DNA from: Selaginella moellendorffii | Lineage: Eukaryota; Plantae; Lycopodiophyta | NCBI RefSeq assembly: GCF_000143415.4 | Contig: NW_003314268.1 | Coordinates: 2,062,494-2,126,493 of the forward strand | Length of the DNA: 64,000 nt | Direction of reading: 5' to 3' | In this document: positions 23,919-35,700 of the stretch, piece after piece | Position numbering within the stretch: position 1 is the stretch's first letter | Layout: each line of letters begins with the position of its first letter | Program-made: the position numbers and the translations under genes | Notes under the pieces: model-generated | What the model saw: only the letters and a program-made list of their open reading frames with translations | Database searches by the model: none | Told to the model about the DNA's origin: nothing

Positions 23919-26502
23919 TTACTGGAAATCAAAACAGGCAGAAGCTGTTGGTTCATCTTTGTTGTCTTGGTCATCATCCTCATTTTCAAAGTTTTCATCG
24001 TCTCCAACGTCTTCATCATCTTCAACGCCTTCATCGTCTCCAACGTCTTCATCATCTTCAACACCCTCATCATCTTCATAAACCCCGTAAAGGTCTTCAA
24101 CTGGCGGGAACCAGAAGGGAACCAAAGCCTCACCATCTTTTGTGGCGCTGGGAAAAACAACGGGATACACCTCCTTGTGGCTAGTATCACAAGTTAATCC
24201 AATACTATCCCGTGTGAAGACAGTAGGCAGACTTGAAAACGGACCACGGTCCTCATTGATATGTGTTTTGTCATAATCGTGATGCAAGTCATAAAGGATG
24301 CCGAGTCCTTCATACCTGCCCCTGGCTTTGCACACAAACATACATGCCCCGTCCATCCAAGCAAAGTGCCACTCTTCCTTCAGGTCTGTAATCACCATCC
24401 ATGGCTTGAGTGTATGGTTCTTGATGTTCAAGGCTAGCAACGAAACCAGAGCCTTCCACATGCCCTTATCGTTAATCTCCTGCTCCACCCACAGGGCCAC
24501 CGCGACAAGATCGCCAAGGTAGTAGTACCTGAGCTCTAGAGGAAGCTGAAATGTGAGCTTGTACGGGAAAGGAGAGGAGCTTGATATCTTCTCGACTTTG
24601 CCACGTTGGTAGCCCATCATCGACCATTGATATAGAACATTCACGTTATCTAGGTACTCAAATATTCTGTCGATCATCGCCTTTCTCGTCCCCGGTTTCC
24701 AGCTAAAGGCCTCCGCCTGTATAGTCGTGGAAGGCTCTAACCATCCCTGTCCACTAATCACCTTGATCTTCATCTGGGAAAGGAATTTCTCGCACTCCTT
24801 GACATCCATGGACTGTAGATTAAGATCAAGCTGACCACGGCCGAGGATGCTTGGAGCACAAAAGATTAGTTCCTCCCCCGGATACACAAGATCGCTACCG
24901 GTGACGCCAACTTTCGTGATAGCTCTCATCAAACCGCCAGTCTGACCAGTTTGCCAGTGGAGAGCTTGGATAATCTCCACTGCCGGCTTTCCCACATCGG
25001 GAGCACTGAACACGCCAAGGACTGACCCATCTGCTTCCCTGACATGGATCAATCCAGTGTCTGCTTTCAGTGGCACACGGTAGGACGACATAGTCTTCAT
25101 CATGAAAACACCGAACTGCAGAGGGAAAAAAACTCAAGAAGTCAGGCTATATGGGCATATACGTACCTCCGCACCCCACAAGGCTATCAGAGTGTCTTGA
25201 CTATTCATTCTTGCGTGCACTAGAGTCAGGCCCTGCACTACGACTCGCTCACTAGAACAACACCAAAGTGACAAAGTTTACCTCGGTAGCGAGACGTGGT
25301 TCCACAGCCACGAGTGTCCAGTTAAGCGTTTTCATGTTGAAGAGAAACGTTTCTTGTTTGCCTGATACAAACACCAGTTAATAGAGCCACAGATAGAAAG
25401 AAAATACACACCGCCTACGAAGTAGCATTCGTCTCCAACCACAGCATTTCCAAAACATGCCCCCGGTTTAAGCATACGAGAACACGGGGACCAGTGCCGC
25501 TGCAAGAGTTCTACGTTAATTCTCCTCGTCCTAAGATAAGCATGACTTACGTCTTTAGGATCCAGAACATAAACGTCCTGGCAGAAACCGGACGCTATAC
25601 GGCCACCAAAGAGGTACACAAGACCGCCATTACTCACAGCAACCCCGTGAAATGAACGGGGACATGGAACGCACCCGCTGAGGGAATACATCAATAAAAA
25701 CAATGCAAAGACAATAGAGGTTCCGAACCTTGAATTAACCGCCTCCCACTTGTTGCTGTTCAAATCGAGGATGTGCATTCCATTGCATAAGTCACCGCAA
25801 AAAGTTTCGCCACCGAACACCCATGTTTTGTTATCAATCATGCTAGCAGAGTGACCGCGTGTTGCAACCTTTAATAGTCCCTCAGTAACAAAACGAAAAG
25901 AAAGGAAAATCTTCCTACCGGAGCTTCTCCTGACGTGGCTAAAAGTGACCAGCCAGTTGCGAGGGTGGTGTCCATTTTATAAACTGCCAAAAAACTAGTA
26001 AAGCCAAGAGTAAAAGCAAATAAACAAAACATACCACGCAACTTCACATCTGATGGGATCCCAACGAGAGCGATGAGTGTCTTGTCGGATACAATCTGGA
26101 AAGTCCATGTATGAAGCACAAAATAGTGTAAAGAAGAAACCCACCAAGCTATGCCCCGCGCACGAAACCGGTAAAGGCGGACCACTGGACCATTCCAGTT
26201 GTCCCAAATCCAAAAGCTTCAAAAAACCGAGCATCAGCAAAACAGGCAGGCAAGCCCAAAACGCTACCTGCACATCGTTTGTATAACGACCCCACAATCC
26301 CTCGCCTAGCAGCTCGCCTCCAACAACATACAATCTAGTGTCCACAACGGCTGCTCCATGCTGCAAGGTAGCTCTTTATAATGTGAACAACAAAAAGCGG
26401 AAACCTTACCAGCTTTCGAGCTTCTGCCGGGCCTCTCGCATCAACGAGTTCCCACTGGGCGAACCGGCTGCCCCCGAACCAGTCGAACACTGCCCCAATC
26501 AT
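23919..26502 (-). CDS. Chimeric protein: ACBP4/5-type kelch propeller + Crinkler-like domain + acidic repeat tail
   Basis: ATG at 26502 (MIGAVFDWFGGSRFAQW). Kelch exons HGAAVV..LYVVGG, CAGHSL, RGHSAS..VFGG, PRSFHGVAV..LFGG, FNMKTLNW, EGLTLV. Phase-0 intron 25166-25116 joins ..WGAE to FGVFMMKT, in frame with the 394-aa ORF. Confidence 0.75.
23962..24082 (-). repeat. Coding tandem repeat (EDDEGVEDDEDVGDDE) forming the acidic tail
   Basis: Repeated 18/36-nt units such as ttcatcgtctccaacgtcttcatcatcttcaac. Confidence 0.8.
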
Positions 26503-27838
26503 CGCTTCCACCACCCAAAAAACCCCCTTTGTTTTACCACTTTAATAACTTTAACATGCATTTGGTTTTCCATTCAAATTACTAATAGATCATGTTTTTT
26601 CAATTATTTATTTTCACATTTTTCTTTGCATTTTCAAATATACTTTATTGACATTTAGTTTAAAGACATTTAATTCTGAAATTATGTGACTTTCTTGGGC
26701 TGTGTAAATTGGCATATAAAATCAATGATGGCAAATTTTTTTTTGTGGTATCATGCAAAGCATAAACATGCTTGCATACTAAAACTCAAATATCTTTACA
26801 GTTCTATATACCCAACTCTATTGTTGATTTAATTTTGAAAATTATGTGAAGTGGATTTGTAGATTCAATTGTTGTTAAACTTTCATGTAACCATGCTACT
26901 ATCTCCTTTACAATTTTCATTCTTCTTATTTGTGAGGGCACACTCTAGAAATGACTTTTAGTTTTTGCTTTTGATAGTGATCACAAAATGTTTTCTCCAA
27001 GTGGGATAATTTATAAGGATTTTTAATACATCACTACTACTTCTACTTCCCTTATATAGATAAATAATATTTAATATATATATTCTTTTGGTGGTGCTAT
27101 ATGCCTCTTCACATGTCTACCCATATACAGCAAGTGCTCAATATAACTTGCATTATTCCTCTAAGATAATTTTGTGATACATTGATATTTTATCAGATTG
27201 GAAATAAAACTTAATGTAAATACACAAATAAACTTAATATTATTTATAAATACATACTCATGAATAAGAAATAAAGCTTTATCTTGTAGAATATGCTTAG
27301 TGTCCATCATAACAAACACATTTTAACCTTATCATAGCATTTAAGAATGTTTTTCTTTTTGTTGTAAGAGTAGCATTTAGCATATAACACATTTATATTC
27401 TTTTTCTGCTTAAATAATGTTAGATAATTTTTTGAAACATGACCTCTTTTGCAAACATAAATATTAAAAAATTTTGTTACAAATTTTTACATGAAGTATA
27501 ATGGCTAAGGCTTAAATGATATTTAATAGGGGAATCTGAAAAAGAAGTTCCTTGGCAAATATTACATTATTTTAATATTCATAAATAGCTGAGGAATTAA
27601 TTCCTTACACTAACATAACAAAATCATTATAGCAATATGTAATATTTTATTTTTCTAGTAAATCTTTCTAAAGAATCCCTAAAACCATGATTGTAGCACA
27701 CGTGGTTTTTACCCTTTATTTTATAGTGATTTACAATAGAATAACCACAAAGTAAAACCTAAACCCTCTATATGCCACATGTCTAAAAGACATTGGTGTG
27801 GAATCTGAGTTTCAAAGCATTGGGCCATTGAACAAAGG

Positions 27839-29396
27839 TGTGAGACATAAAATCCCTAGGCCCCAAAGTGGAGCCGGAAGGGTGCCACGTAGTAGTGGCC
27901 GAAGCGAAAGCCAAATGAGCGTAACATGTTTGGACTAAAAGCTCCGACTTGCAAGGTTGAGAGCGGGAGTGGAACTCCCAACGAAGTGCTCAAGGAACAA
28001 GCATGAAGCGAGCAATAAGCGAGGCTCCAAAAAGGGACCCAAAAGGACCAACACATGACACATGGAAGTGTCCGAGATGGAGTCCGAAGTGAAGTCCAAG
28101 ATGGAGTCCGAGGCGGAGTTCGAGATGGACCGAGACGGAGTCCAAGATGGAGTCCAAGATGGACCAAGATGGAGTCCAAGATGGACTGAGATGGAGTCCG
28201 AGATGGAGTTCGAGATGGACCCGAGATGGAATCCGAGATGGAGTCCGAGGTCGAGACCGAGACCGGGACTGAGACCGAGACTGAGACCGAGACCGGGACC
28301 GAGACGGAGCTTGAGGCAGAGGCCTAGACTGAGCCCGAGCCCGAGTCCGAGTCCGAGTCCGAGTCCGAGTCTGAGTCCGAGTCCGAGTTCGAGTCTGAGA
28401 GGGTGAAAGCCCAAAGCGTTCGTCTCCCAGACCCTAGGGGGTTTGGTGAGCTCCAAAAGTATAGTAAGGGGGAGGACTACAGTGGAGCTAGTTTGGCCAG
28501 AAAAGGCCAGTTTGGCCCAAGAAGGCCAGACCCAGTGTTGGGTGATGAAAGGACCACTGGGAAGTCCAAGACTCAAGTGAATACGGACCGACAAGCAGGG
28601 TAGCTTAGTGAAGTGTTCAAGAGCTGGCTCTAGTTCCCCCGGGAGATCGACTAACTAATGCTCCTAGTCCAAGTGTGGGTGGCACTACCTACTTCGATAC
28701 CAGGCGTGGCTCAACGGATCCTCGCTCTAAGCCCATGGCTAGAGCACCTAAAGGCGGAAGGTGGGGAGAGTACCCACGGGGCTCGCATAGGCCAACGGTG
28801 TTCCAAAATGTTGTACTGGAGTCCCAAATGGGGGAAAGGAGGAAGAGTAATCCTCTAGTGTAGTGACTAAGGATACAGTCATATGGTGAAGAAGTCCCGG
28901 AGGACCATGGGACTTAGTGGTCGGGCCTGTGGCCCTTGATCGAGTGGCAGTGTTGGCGAACATGGCCATGGACAGAAAAGGGACTTAGTAGGAACTAACA
29001 AAGGGATATTGGGGAAGGCTATTCCCCATGTCATTGGGCATCCTAAGGATGCTAAGGAGTGGATCTGGGATAACCACTCGTGGTCGGATGGCCTAGTCTT
29101 GGAGAGACAGGTTTGTGATGCAAGTGGTATTGGACCACTAGTGTGGCAAAGGTGAATAGGCATGGCCTTAGCGTAACGGGCTGATATGTCAGTAGTACCT
29201 TTGGGTGTCGGTCTTGGGACTGGACACATGGAGCACTTGGACTAAGTGCAAGGGATGAGTGGCATGGGTGCCATTCTCGGGGCTAGCAAGTCCCAAGTCC
29301 TGAATTGGACTTAAGGAGGTTGTGAATGAGACTCCTCCAAGTGGTCGAAGGTGTGGTTATGTGACTAAAGTAGAACGGAAAAATTAGTCACTTACA
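27839..29396 (+). mobile_element. Solo LTR of family A (1558 bp)
   Basis: TGTGAGACA...CTTACA ends, 5-bp TSD AAAGG on both sides (27834-27838 and 29397-29401), homologous in inverted orientation to the LTR at 37612-39274. Confidence 0.92.
28066..28400 (+). repeat. 6/12-bp tandem array (GAGATGGAGTCC, GAGACC, GAGTCC) within LTR A
   Basis: Direct observation. The counterpart at ~38612-39045 has a different copy number. Confidence 0.9.
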
Positions 29397-29923
29397 AAAG
29401 GTACGGAATTTAACTCCTAAGCATGGAGCCAAAGAGTGATGGAATTGGATTATGGAGCAACTCCTAAGCATACAACCCAAGGAGCAAAGGGATAGGAGCA
29501 CGGAGCGACTTGGAATAATCCTAGAACATCTAGCATCCTAATGCTAGGACCTGTCAAGACCCCCAACAAGATCAAGACTGGAAAATGCTAAAGACAAAGA
29601 GAAAAAGCTAGTGAAAACAAAGAAGAGGCCTTAGAGTGGTGTTGATTCAGATTGTGGAGAAATGGAACAAGGCTAACCTATATATACTATAGGTTGATGA
29701 AGCTCCACCACTCTTGAATCTAGGACGGCCTAAATATAGCTGAGGTCGAGGAGGCACCACATCATCATCAGGAATGTGGCTCGAGACTCAGGAATCGGGA
29801 AGTGTCTCAAGAGTTAGGAATAGGGAAGTGTCTCGAGAGTCAGGAATGTGGTTTGCAGGTCAGGAATCTGGCGAGAGTCAAGAATGTGGCAAGAATTGGG
29901 GGATTCCTGACAGCACCCCCTCC

Positions 29924-32783
29924 TCAAGAACGAGTGGAACGAGGATGTGAACGAGAATGAAGAGGAGGATGAGATGAGCGGCGAGGGATGGGAGATGGAG
30001 AAAAAGAATGAGGAGTGGGACGAGAAGGATAGCGGCGGTGGAAGTCCTGGACAAGGTCAGGAGAATGAATCAGGTTGTCCGCAGGTTCCCAAGTGCGTTT
30101 CTCAGGTCCGTAACCCTTCCAGTCCACCAGATAGTAGAGTTTAGACCGTGAAATCTTGGAATCAAGGATGTCCTGAACCTCGTACTCAGACCCATCCTCG
30201 AGCTGCACTGGTGGAGGCGGAGGAATGACCCGATTTGGAATAGGACTGGGAATATAAGGCTCAAGGAGAGAGGAGTGAAAAACGGGGTGAATTTGATATG
30301 AGGAGGGAAGTGCAAGGCGATAAGTGACAGGATTAATGATGGCAGTGATAGGGAAAGGACCAAGGCGTTTGAAATCGAGTTTTGGACAGGGCCTGGTGGT
30401 GGAGATATTTCGCCTGAGGAGCCAGACTTTATCCCCGATATTGTAAGGGGGACAATCCTAATGATGGACATTGGCAAATGTTTTATGAGATTCCTGAGCA
30501 CGATGGAGGTGGAAGGAGATGGAGTTGTGGATTTCCTGGAGGTTGGAGATAAATGCCTTAGAGTGGGGATTTGAACGAGAGGATTCAGATGGAGAAGGAA
30601 GTGAGAGATTGAATCGGGGATTTCGGCCAGAGTTTGCAAAGAAGGGGGAAACTCGAAGAGAGGAGTGAACAGAGTTGTTATAGGAGAACTCAGCAAGAGG
30701 AAGGATATCGAACCAGTTATCCTGATGATAGTTGATGAAGCACCTCAAGAATTGTTCCAACATCTGAATCGTTCGCTCGGACTGCCCATCAGTTTGAGGA
30801 TGATATGCCAAAGAGAGATTGGCCTTCACTCCAAGCAGCTGCAAAAACCGTTGCCAGAAATGAGAGATGAACTGAGGCCCCCAATCTGAAACCACATCTG
30901 TAGGAATCCCATGAAGTCGGAAAATTTCCCTGAATACCAGTTTTGCCATGTCCTCGCCCGAAAACTCCTTGGTACATGGCAAGAAGTGCGCCATCTTTGT
31001 GAAGCGATCCACCACGACTAAAATGCTGTTGAAGCCTCCAGAATTCGGAAGATCACTCAAGAAATCCATGGAGATGGATTCCCAAGGACCTGAAGGGACC
31101 GGAAGGGAACAAAGCAAACCTGAAGGAAGGTGGCGAGGTACCTTATTCCGGGCACAAGTGTCATAGGAGGTAACAAAAGCTTTGATGTAGTCGTCCATGT
31201 GAGGCCACCAAAAGTCCCGTGCAACTAGCTCATAGGTTTTCGCAATGCCGAAGTGACCAGCAGTCGGGCTATCATGGCACGCCATCAAGACCAACCTTCG
31301 AGCATCACCTTCAGGAACGTAAAGCTGCTCCCCACGGTACAATAAACCATCTAAGAACTCGAACTCGTCAAATCGCCGATAGTCGGGAGTCACTGGGTGT
31401 CCAGCCTGAAGATGGGGGAAAATGTCGCTAGCGAGATCTTCGGATTGAAGATCGTTTCTGATTGCATCCATCAAGGAGGAGTCTTGAGGGGCCAGGGAAA
31501 TTGCCATAACTTGAAGCTGATCAGGACCGAGGATAACTTGATCCTGTTGATCGAAGGCAGGATTACCAAGCCTGAGACTAAGATAGGAGCGCCTTGAAAG
31601 AGCATCAGAAAGGCCTTGAAACTTTCCAGGTCTGTACTTGATAACAAAGTCAAACCGACTTAGGAATTGTGCCCACCTTGCTTGACGACGGCTTAAAACT
31701 CGGGAAGTGGCAAAGTACTCGAGATTTTTGTGATCCATCCAGACTGTTGTTTGATGGCTCGCCCCCTCCAAGAAATGGCGCCACTCTCCAAAGGAATCCA
31801 CGATGGCAAGGAGCTCCTTGTCGTGGATTTCGTAATTGATCTCCGCAGGCTGGAATTTCCGAGAATGGAAAGCGACCGGATGAAGTTCGTGATCCGCTCC
31901 GAGTTGAGACAACACAGCACAGCACCAATGGCAAAGTTGGAGGCATCAGCCTCGATGAAGAAAGGTTGTGAGGAATCAGCATGGATCAAGACAGGAGTAG
32001 AACTGAAGGCCGCCTTGAGTGTGTCGAAGGCCTATTGGGCAGCAGCAGACCAAGAGAAGGGAACATCCTTGCGAGTGAGATGTGTGAGAGGAAGGACAAT
32101 GTCAGAGTAGTGATCAATGAATTTGCGGTAGAAGTTGGTGAAGCCAAGGAAAACCTAAACGTCCGACATTGATTGTGGAGGCTCCCATTCGAGAATACTC
32201 TTGACTTTGGCAGGATCCATCGTGATACCCTCAGGAGTGACAATGTACCCAAGGAACTCCACAGACTGCTGATCAAAGGAACATTTCTCAAGCTTCGTGT
32301 ATAGGCCGTGTTCTCGCAGCTTTGCTAGCACCTTGCGTACATGTTCGTCATGCTCCTCCTGAGTTTTTGAGTAGATGAGGATGTCATCGAGGTAGACGAT
32401 CACCATCTGATCAAGAAACTCCCGAAAGACGTCGTTTGCCATGTGTTGGAAAACTGCTGGAGCATTTGTCAAGCCAAATGGCATGACAGTGTACTCGAAG
32501 TGGCCATAGTGGGTTCGGAACGCAGTCTTCCATTCATCACCAGGCCGGATCCGGATCAGGTTGTATGCTCCACGGAGGTCGATCTTGGTGAAGAAGTGGG
32601 CACCGCCGAGACGTTCCAACAGGTCCGAGATCAGGGGCAATGGATAATGGTTCCGAACAGTCACCTTGTTCAAACCTCGGTAGTTGATGACTAGCCGCAA
32701 GCTCCCATCCTTCTTCTTGACAAAGAAGACAGGCGCTCCAGCCGGGGACTGCGAATGCTGAATGTAGCCCGAGGCAAGGTTCT
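29924..32783 (-). pseudogene. pol: pol of element B, 3' part: RT, RNase H, integrase, chromodomain (stops and frameshift)
   Basis: [62 protein letters not shown], chromodomain EYEVQDILDSK..YLVDWKGYGPEKRTWEP. Stops near 32155 and 30458; 5-bp duplication frameshift near 31915. Confidence 0.93.
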
Positions 32784-35700
32784 TGTAAGAGACTAATTTT
32801 TCCATTCTACTTTAGTCACTTAACCACACCTCCGACCACTTGGAGGAGTCTCATTCACAACCTCCATCAGTCCAATTCAGGACTTGGGACTTGCTAGCCC
32901 CAAGAATGGCATCCATGCCACTCCACACTTGCACCTGGTCCAAGTGCTCCACGTGTCCGGTCCCGAGACCGACACCCAAAGGTACCACTGACATCTCGGC
33001 CCGTTACGCTAAGGCCATGCCCATTCACTTTTGCTGCACTAGTGGTCCAACACCACTTACATCACCACCTCGTCTCTCCAAGACTGGGCCATGTGTCCAC
33101 GAGTGGTCATCCTAGATCCACTCCTTAGCATCCTTAGGATGCCCACAGACCTGGGGAATCGCCTTCCCCAAAGTCCCTTTGTCAGCTCCTACCAAGTCCC
33201 CTTCTGCCCCTGGCCGTGTTTGCCAACACTGCCACTGGATCGAGGCCCACAGGCCCGACCACTCGGACTCCTCCACGTGTCATGTGTTGGTCCTTTTGGG
33301 TCCCTTTTTGGAGCCTCGCTTTTTGCTCGCTTCGTGCTCGTTCCTTGAGCACTTCTTTGGGAGTTCCACTCCCGCTCTTGACTTTTCAAGTCGGAGCTTT
33401 TGGTCCAAACGTGTTACGCTTGTTTGGCTCTCTCTTCAACCACTACCACGTGGCACCCTTTCCGGCTCCACTTTGGGGCCTAGGGATTTTGTGTCTCACA
33501 ACTCCACCACCCATAGACGAAGTTTGATGTCCTCATCGAATGGTAAACCATTTTGTAAAGTAACACTCGCATGTGTTACCATTTCCATCCTTGGCACCTA
33601 GCCAATATTTGTCAATGGTTTGAAATTGAAGGCTCACCATGCCTTTTGCATATGCCTCAATGGTTTGACACCCAAGGCTCACCATGCCTTGCCTTTCCTC
33701 TAAGGAGGGTAGTCTCTCCAACTTAGAGACTGATTGGACCACATGTAGTGGTTCTCTCCTTTTATTGGTTTAGTTCTCGCTAAACCTCTTAGAGACCCTT
33801 CTCTAAGTCAATCCCACTACTCCTTCGTGAGTAGTCTCAATTTCCATCTATTGAATGTTTGCACCTTGGAACTTTTACTCTTTTGACTTTTGGAAGTCAA
33901 TTCCCTAGGTGTCTCCAACACCTTGCATTGCACAGATTGTGCAACTCCACTTCCCTATCCTAGGAAGTTCATTACTTGAGGGCACCATCATCCTCTCTTC
34001 TATTTCGTGCCACCTTGGGCACTAAGTTCCATTTATCACACTTTGTGTTAGGGTTGTCCATTGCCCTATCATTTGGCTACCTTACTGCTCCCTCCCTTGG
34101 AGCTTCCACTTTCGCCAAATAGGAGCAATTCGGAATCCATCCTTGGAAACACACTTCCTTTCCCGCAATTTGTTAGCGTCCAACACATCAGTGTTCCTCG
34201 CCTAACTTTGTCACTTGGATTCCTTCCCAGGGATTCCACGGCCCTATCTTGGCCACTCATCTTTTGCTCCTATCCGTTGATTGTTGCACCAAGCAACATC
34301 GAATCTCTACCTCCCTCCTTGAGGTATTATTTTGATTCCATAGCAAAGGCTCTGCTTTGCCAAGACTAGGGTGTTCACCCCTAGTAAGTCTCTTTTAGCA
34401 TCTTCTGCTGTGGGCTCTATCCTCGGCCCAACTTTGTGACCCTCTCATGGGTCTCTTTAGAGACTACTTTCCTTGGACACATTATGCCATCGCAATGACA
34501 TAGCTCATTTCCCTAAGGTGCTTTTCCCACTTGGTCACCTTGACCAAGCCACACCATCATCAATAGTTCAAATCAACACTTTGAACTAAGAACCTTATTC
34601 CTTAACCCAAACAAGGACCTTGTCCTTATTTAACCACAAGATCACCTAGTGATCTCACCTCAGCACCTTAACAGGTTTGCCAATAGGTACTAGGTCTTCC
34701 AGACCTTTAACTTGTTAACTACGACCCCGGGGGCATCCCCCACACTTGGCGGTGCGCCCAAGCCAGCCCTTCCGGCCAAGGGTCCATAGCAACTGAGATT
34801 AGGTGTCCCCATCTCACTCACCACGTCCTTGGTGCCACTTGCACCAAAGCGTTCAAGTTAGATATGCCGAGCTTTCACACTAAGCAATCTAACAGTGCAT
34901 CACGACTCCGAGGCATCCCTCGCTTGGCGGTGTGCCCAAACTAGTCTCCCCTTTGAGAGTCCATGACCACCGAAATATGAGTGTCCTCATATTCCAAACC
35001 ATCACCACGCCCTAGTGATTTGGGACTCGAACCCAAGCACTAGAGGGTCGGGACTCGAACCCAACCTCCGTATATGCATCTACGGATGGCATCACACAAG
35101 ATGCCTCGCGTGACTCCCCACGCCGGTGCACCAACTTATTTTTAAAGCGCGCTACAGATCACAGCTTAGGAACCTAGTTCCTCCACACTGCCAAGTCCTC
35201 TCACTTGGCATGTCTGTGATCATGCATGGACTCCTCCATGCTCGGCCCCATGGCCCACCCTTTTTGAAGTTATCACCTTCAACTAGGGTATTTGTTCCCC
35301 CGACGTGCCAATCTCGCTTGGCAAGTCCTCCGACCACTGTAACATGGTTCCTGCATAAGCGTGAAAGTCCTTGACCATCGACTTTCGTTCAAAGCCCTCT
35401 CTTTGAACACTCGGGAACTACTTCCCTAACCTTGATAGCCTTGCCTCATGGCAAGCTTCAAGACCACGCTTCTGCTGCGCCACTCTGATTTCACGCGTTC
35501 CATGAACCATTTACACTTGGCCTTTCTAAGTACTAAGCTACCTAGAATCGTCTTTGGGAACCTTGAAGGAACTCTGTCCCTCAGCTTGCTAAGGCCTCCC
35601 TTTTTGCAAGCCTTCAAAATGCCACATAGTCTAACATGGACAATTCCATATTTTAGACTCTCCATGGCATCACGGTTGGTAGCGGCAACACCCTCGAGCC

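Noticed and set aside
26520-27830. AT-rich stretch as a possible Helitron or MITE
   Set aside because: No terminal structures or TSD could be identified by eye.
28066-28400. CRISPR-like appearance of the repeat array
   Set aside because: There are no unique spacers; it is a simple tandem repeat inside a eukaryotic LTR.
27856-28594. ORFs of 107-219 aa with LG/SP/ES repeats (also 38335-39322)
   Set aside because: They are stop-free frames of the LTR hexamer array, open on both strands, not genes.
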